Below, piece after piece: positions 61,874 through 64,000 of a DNA stretch of 64,000 nt (within the stretch, counting starts at the first letter, position 1; every line of letters begins with the position of its first letter). The position numbers and the translations under genes were made by a program. Where the stretch lies: positions 6,428 to 70,427 of the forward strand of contig DATHMN010000056.1 of assembly GCA_035487135.1 (NCBI GenBank). The letters are read 5' to 3'. The DNA is from Steroidobacteraceae bacterium (GTDB taxonomy: Bacteria > Pseudomonadota > Gammaproteobacteria > Steroidobacterales > Steroidobacteraceae). The notes under the pieces are model-generated. The model did not search any database, was not told the origin of the DNA, and saw only the letters and a list, made by a program, of their open reading frames with translations.

Positions 61874-64000
61874 TCAGTCCGGTGCGCAGGTGCGCAGAAA
61901 TGCCGGTAGCCATTCAGGCGCCGCACGACCGTACTGCGCCATGCAGCGGCGCATGAGTTCCAGCTGCCGCGCGCGCCCGGAGATCACCGCGAGCTCCGCC
62001 TCGCATCCCTTGAGGTCCAGCCGGCACACCACGCTGTGATGCCCTTGCTTGATCAGAAAACTGCGTGACCCCGGCTCGAGCTGTTCCTTGATGAGCTTGA
62101 ATTCGCGCTCGCTCAGGCCGAGCCCGTCGATGTACTCGGCCGCGCTTGCATCGCCGTTGGGAAAGAACACTTTGGTCGGCGTCTGTTCGATGATGGTGCG
62201 GCTGATCGGGCTATCGAGCACGTCGCTCGCGCTCTGCGTGGCGAGACACATGACGCCATTCAGCTTGCGCCAGGTCTTCGGGCCGTCTTTGGCGAAGGTC
62301 TCGAACGCCGGGTCGGCGAGCAGACGCCAAAACTCGTCCATCCAGCACACCAGGCGGCGGCCATCAAGCAGCCGCCGCACCAGATGGAACATGTAGAGCG
62401 TGATCGGTGCGCGCGTCAGCTCGTGATCGAGAAACTCGGTGACATCGAAGGCGATGAGGCGATGGCGCTCGAGGTCGCGGGCTACCGAATCCACGGCGTT
62501 ATCGAACACCCAGGCGTAGTCCCCGCTGCTGCACTCGCACCAGCGGGCAAGCCGCGCGTGCACACCTTCCGGATCGGTGGGATCGAGGAACTCCAGCAGC
62601 CGCGAGAGACGGCGCGCGCCGGGTTCGAGCGCGAGCGTCCCATGCAGCGCATGATCGAGATCGGCGTTCTCTCGCGCCGAAAGCGTGCGGCCGCCCGGCG
62701 GCCGCACCAGCAGCCGCAGCCAGGTTTTTTGAAACTCCAGCTGCGCGGAACCCGTCGGCAGCTGCAGTGGGTTGAAGCCGGTCGGCGCGCCGTGGCGCAG
62801 CTCAAAGTATTCACCGCCGAGCGCGCACACCAGAATCTGCAGGCCGCGATCCTTGTCGAACAACACCTGCGTCGCCCCGCGCTGGTACAGCACGCTTACC
62901 AGGAAGCCGATGAACACCGTCTTGCCCGAGCCGGTCGGGCCGCAGATGAAGGTGTGTCCGGTGTCTTTGCGGCTGCCACCTTCGGGGTCGGCCGGATCAC
63001 TCGCGTGCAGTGAGAAGTAATACGGCGAGCGGGCAGCGGTGCAGAGCAGCGTGAGCGCCTCGCCCCAATGATTGCCCTCCGCCCGGCCGACCGGGTAGTT
63101 GTGGAACGGCGCCATCGCGGCAAAGTTGCGCGAGGTGATTGCTGCCTTGCGCGGGCGCAGTGCGAAGTTCCCCGGCAACTGCGCCCAGAAGGCTGCTTCG
63201 ACGGCCAGGTCCTCCCGCGCCACTGTCATGCCGCTGTCGCTCAGCAGGTTGCGCGCAAGCGCGATGTGCTCGTTAAGTGTCTTCAGCCGCCAGCGGTCGG
63301 CCTGCACCGCGGTGGTATCGTCGAGTTCAGCGAGCACCTGCAGCGAGAGGTGGTGATCACCCATGACGAACTCGTTGCTGGTGAGCGCGTCGAGCGCCTC
63401 TTTGAGCTGCACTGCCTGCGAGACGGCGAAGTCGCCCGCATTGAGCATGCGCAGATGCTGGCGCTGCAACAGCGCTTGCGCAGTCGCACGCGACAGAAAA
63501 GTGAACGACTGAGTAAGTACCAGCGGAAACGGCGCCGCCAGCAGACGGTTGTACATCCCCACTAGACTCGGTGTCGGGTATTCCTTGATGCCGAGGACCG
63601 CCCCGGCCTGGCTGGCCGCGGCCATGCGATACTCGATCGCCTCATTGCCGAACAGCAGCCGCGTGGTGGCGAGGCTCTCGTTGAGCGGGCCGCAGGGCAG
63701 CGGCACGCGGCGCCATTCTCCGTTGATGAGCAGCGCCAGATACTCGAGCAGTCTGGAGCACAGCAACTCGCCGCAACGGTAGACGCCGAGCACCTCCGGC
63801 TCATAGCGCGCGAGCGCCGCATGCACCGTCTGCGCCAGCTTGGCGCAATTGTCCAAGGCGTCGGCACGCTCGAGTTCCGCAGGTAGCGCGCGACTGCGCC
63901 CCAATAGCCGCGCGGCGAATCCCGCGGTCACCCCCGCCGCTGGGCGGTAGCACACTGCCAGGTAGAGTTCATTTGCCATCAGCGTCTCGCCCGCCAGGCG
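61874..64000 (-). CDS. virB4: VirB4 T4SS ATPase (5' end beyond the right edge)
   Basis: GPTGSGKTV Walker A and CWMDEFW Walker B region. The frame stays open upstream of the tracked Met (…RLAGETLMANELY…) up to position 64000. Confidence 0.9.
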   Translation of the reverse strand, partial: RLAGETLMANELYLAVCYRPAAGVTAGFAARLLGRSRALPAELERADALDNCAKLAQTVHAALARYEPEVLGVYRCGELLCSRLLEYLALLINGEWRRVPLPCGPLNESLATTRLLFGNEAIEYRMAAASQAGAVLGIKEYPTPSLVGMYNRLLAAPFPLVLTQSFTFLSRATAQALLQRQHLRMLNAGDFAVSQAVQLKEALDALTSNEFVMGDHHLSLQVLAELDDTTAVQADRWRLKTLNEHIALARNLLSDSGMTVAREDLAVEAAFWAQLPGNFALRPRKAAITSRNFAAMAPFHNYPVGRAEGNHWGEALTLLCTAARSPYYFSLHASDPADPEGGSRKDTGHTFICGPTGSGKTVFIGFLVSVLYQRGATQVLFDKDRGLQILVCALGGEYFELRHGAPTGFNPLQLPTGSAQLEFQKTWLRLLVRPPGGRTLSARENADLDHALHGTLALEPGARRLSRLLEFLDPTDPEGVHARLARWCECSSGDYAWVFDNAVDSVARDLERHRLIAFDVTEFLDHELTRAPITLYMFHLVRRLLDGRRLVCWMDEFWRLLADPAFETFAKDGPKTWRKLNGVMCLATQSASDVLDSPISRTIIEQTPTKVFFPNGDASAAEYIDGLGLSEREFKLIKEQLEPGSRSFLIKQGHHSVVCRLDLKGCEAELAVISGRARQLELMRRCMAQYGRAAPEWLPAFLRTCAPD

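Larger units (their letters stand above)
51669..64000 (-). mobile_element. VirB/D4-type conjugation/T4SS module (mating-pair formation genes + two T4CPs + MOBQ relaxase), partial
   Basis: Uninterrupted co-directional virB4-5-6-7-8-9-10-11, T4CP, small ORF, T4CP, mobA with overlapping or very short junctions. No integrase, oriT or att site identified inside the window. Confidence 0.55.

Overview
High-GC proteobacterial chromosomal segment, densely coding, with many 4-nt ATGA/GTGA start-stop overlaps. I saw no rRNA, CRISPR array, integrase or transposase.

Left to right:
- 1-2.1 kb: an exopolysaccharide-type methyltransferase and a GT2 gene.
- 2.3-5.4 kb: a PHA locus (phasin, phaC, phaB).
- 5.5-6.5 kb: panE.
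- 6.68-7.7 kb: a c-di-GMP-I riboswitch-like leader in front of a secreted cadherin-like/FN3 protein.
- 7.7-15.6 kb: a co-directional minus-strand cluster of a CxxCH lipoprotein, secreted D-aminoacylase, orphan adenylating enzyme, SDR, MetY and a PLP decarboxylase.
- 16.9-22.8 kb: an OMF-MFP-RND efflux operon.
- 22.9-25.4 kb: a large lectin/DUF11-type surface protein. Its ORF carries an internal GlyGly-CTERM-like sorting signal, followed by a second signal peptide and an OMP beta-barrel.
- 26-29.7 kb: housekeeping and detoxification genes.
- 29.8-34.9 kb: a gltX/tRNA-Ala/tRNA-Glu/tRNA-Val region interrupted by compositionally atypical glycan-type genes.
- 34.9 to about 43 kb: a tRNA-Val-adjacent accessory stretch with a decayed higBA-like module and a TIR-TM-TolB_N-like-TPR protein.
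- 44.4-47.8 kb: a formyltransferase/deacetylase/sulfotransferase-like/class IV aminotransferase cluster.
- 51.7-64 kb: a VirB/D4-type type IV secretion/conjugation module (virB4 to virB11, including an untracked 45-aa VirB7), with two tandem paralogous coupling proteins and a short MOBQ relaxase. It continues beyond the right edge.

The leads I rate highest are the transmembrane TIR protein, the duplicated T4CP arrangement, the fused sorting-signal/beta-barrel ORF and the riboswitch. All functional calls rest on motif recognition by eye; no database search was possible.
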